Source: Phoronis australis (lineage: Eukaryota > Animalia > Phoronida). Taken from it: a DNA stretch of 64,000 bases. A program made the position numbers and the translations under genes. The stretch is from assembly GCA_002633005.1 (NCBI GenBank), contig NMRA01000271.1, positions 17,588 through 81,587 on the forward strand, written 5' to 3'. This document shows, one piece after another, positions 63,201 through 64,000 of this stretch. The stretch's first letter is position 1. Each line of letters opens with the position of its first letter. The notes under the pieces are model-generated. The model was not told the DNA's origin, ran no database searches, and saw nothing but the letters and a program-made list of their open reading frames with translations.

Positions 63201-63942
63201 AAAGTAAAGCTAACAGTTATTACTATTCGACTCTAGAAAGGCAGGATTTGCAGAATGAACATAGTTGTCCACGCATTTTGTAGGCCTACAAACAGTAAAA
63301 CACTGAAGTAATGCCTGGTATACTTTTTGTCTGTTTTCACAAAATAACGTCTAACTGAAAAGATACCAAACACCAAACACAATTTCAGCCAAGCAATATA
63401 TATTCAACCACTCATCATTTCCTAATATTTGAAACAGAAAATGCTCTGTTATGGTCGTCAAGTGTCAAAAAATTTTGGAGCGAGATTGAAATTTCCCTAC
63501 ACTCAACAAGCACTGGCTTCGACCAAGACTCTCCAGCTTCAACTGCAAGACCGATTTGTAATGTGACATGATGACGCTTGAAGTTGTCAGGATATTATTT
63601 TTATATATTCCTCATGGGAGGCAACACCGATAGTGGGGCGATGATAAATTAGCTTAAACAGTGGCTGCACCTGATTGTCTTCACCGGTCACGCCGGATCA
63701 ACCGGCTAAGACATCTGATTGGTTCTCGATGACGATTTCCGTCTTACTGACCAATCGGATGTCTTGAATAGCCGCTTGACCAGGTCGAACTGGTGAAGAC
63801 AATCAAATGAAGCCAGTGTTAGTATTCTTTTAAGCAACAGGATTCGAACCAAGATGTCCAGGACTCCGTAACGATCCACAGTTGACTTCAGAATGTTGTC
63901 AATGTCCTCAGTTTTCTCAAGATCCCCTTGAATAAGCAGTGG
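57212..63942 (-). CDS. Classical short-chain dehydrogenase/reductase (FabG-like SDR); 5' end lies beyond the window
   Basis: GT-AG exons in frame: 63942-63850 PLLIQGDLEKTEDIDNILKSTVDRYGVLDIL; 61902-61817 VNNAGIQESGAIDQTSLEQYDRIFNINV; 60935-60842 RSIYYLTMLAVPHLEKSKGNIVNVSSVCGLRA; 59431-59325 FPGVLAYNMSKAALDQFTNCVALELASKGVRVNSV; 58049-57986 NPGVVVTELQKRGGMNEEVYAK; 57370-57212 [52 protein letters not shown]. NNAG, catalytic S and YxxxK motifs are present. Confidence 0.95.
58299..58451. mobile_element. hAT-type MITE with 8-bp TSD in an SDR intron
   Basis: CAGTGGTGTGTAGTGG...CCACTACAGCACTG flanked by CCCAATAA on both sides. Confidence 0.8.
58388..59062. other. Near-identical ~338-bp tandem duplication split by a single N (likely assembly overlap)
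   Basis: 58389-58725 matches 58727-59062, with n at 58726. Confidence 0.7.
61606..61821. repeat. 15-bp minisatellite (~14 units) built from the SDR exon/intron junction
   Basis: Unit CCTGACGCAGTCTC[G/A]; the last unit overlaps the splice donor at 61815-61816. Confidence 0.92.
62623..63547. other. Near-identical ~396-bp duplication next to a single N (likely assembly or haplotype artefact)
   Basis: 62623-63018 matches 63151-63547, with n at 63150. Confidence 0.65.
63657..63820. repeat. Palindromic MITE-like element in an SDR intron
   Basis: AACAGTGGCT..TGATTGTCTTCACC..AAGACATCTGATTGGT is mirrored by ACCAATCGGATGTCTT..GGTGAAGACAATCA..AGCCAGTGTT. Confidence 0.65.
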
Positions 63943-64000
63943 CTGTAAAATACAGTAAATAAATATAGGTTATACAGCGTACGCCTTTGTACCAGTGGTT

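Overview
AT-rich, repeat-dense eukaryotic DNA, probably from a marine invertebrate, with spliceosomal GT-AG introns. Most ORFs in the supplied track are spurious. By manual splicing I find a minus-strand tandem cluster of four paralogous genes (A about 635-5938, B 11234-15259, C 20697-29853, D 33491-56077). B, C and D encode small secreted Cys-rich proteins: signal peptide, two 4-Cys modules and a WAP/four-disulfide-core domain. A matches this plan but its second-module exon is unresolved. The C-terminal tails differ strongly; C has a poly-Asp tract followed by a basic tail donated by a transposon. Upstream lies a 5'-truncated, multi-exon classical short-chain dehydrogenase/reductase gene (57212-63942, minus). 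Introns and intergenic DNA hold many mobile-element remnants: a Helentron/HINE-like satellite carrying an array of CTCF-like motifs, Penelope, Tc1, a CXC-domain DNA transposon, a KDZ-like CxC/chromo remnant, several MITE families and tRNA-derived SINEs. All calls come from reading the sequence by eye; no database search was run.
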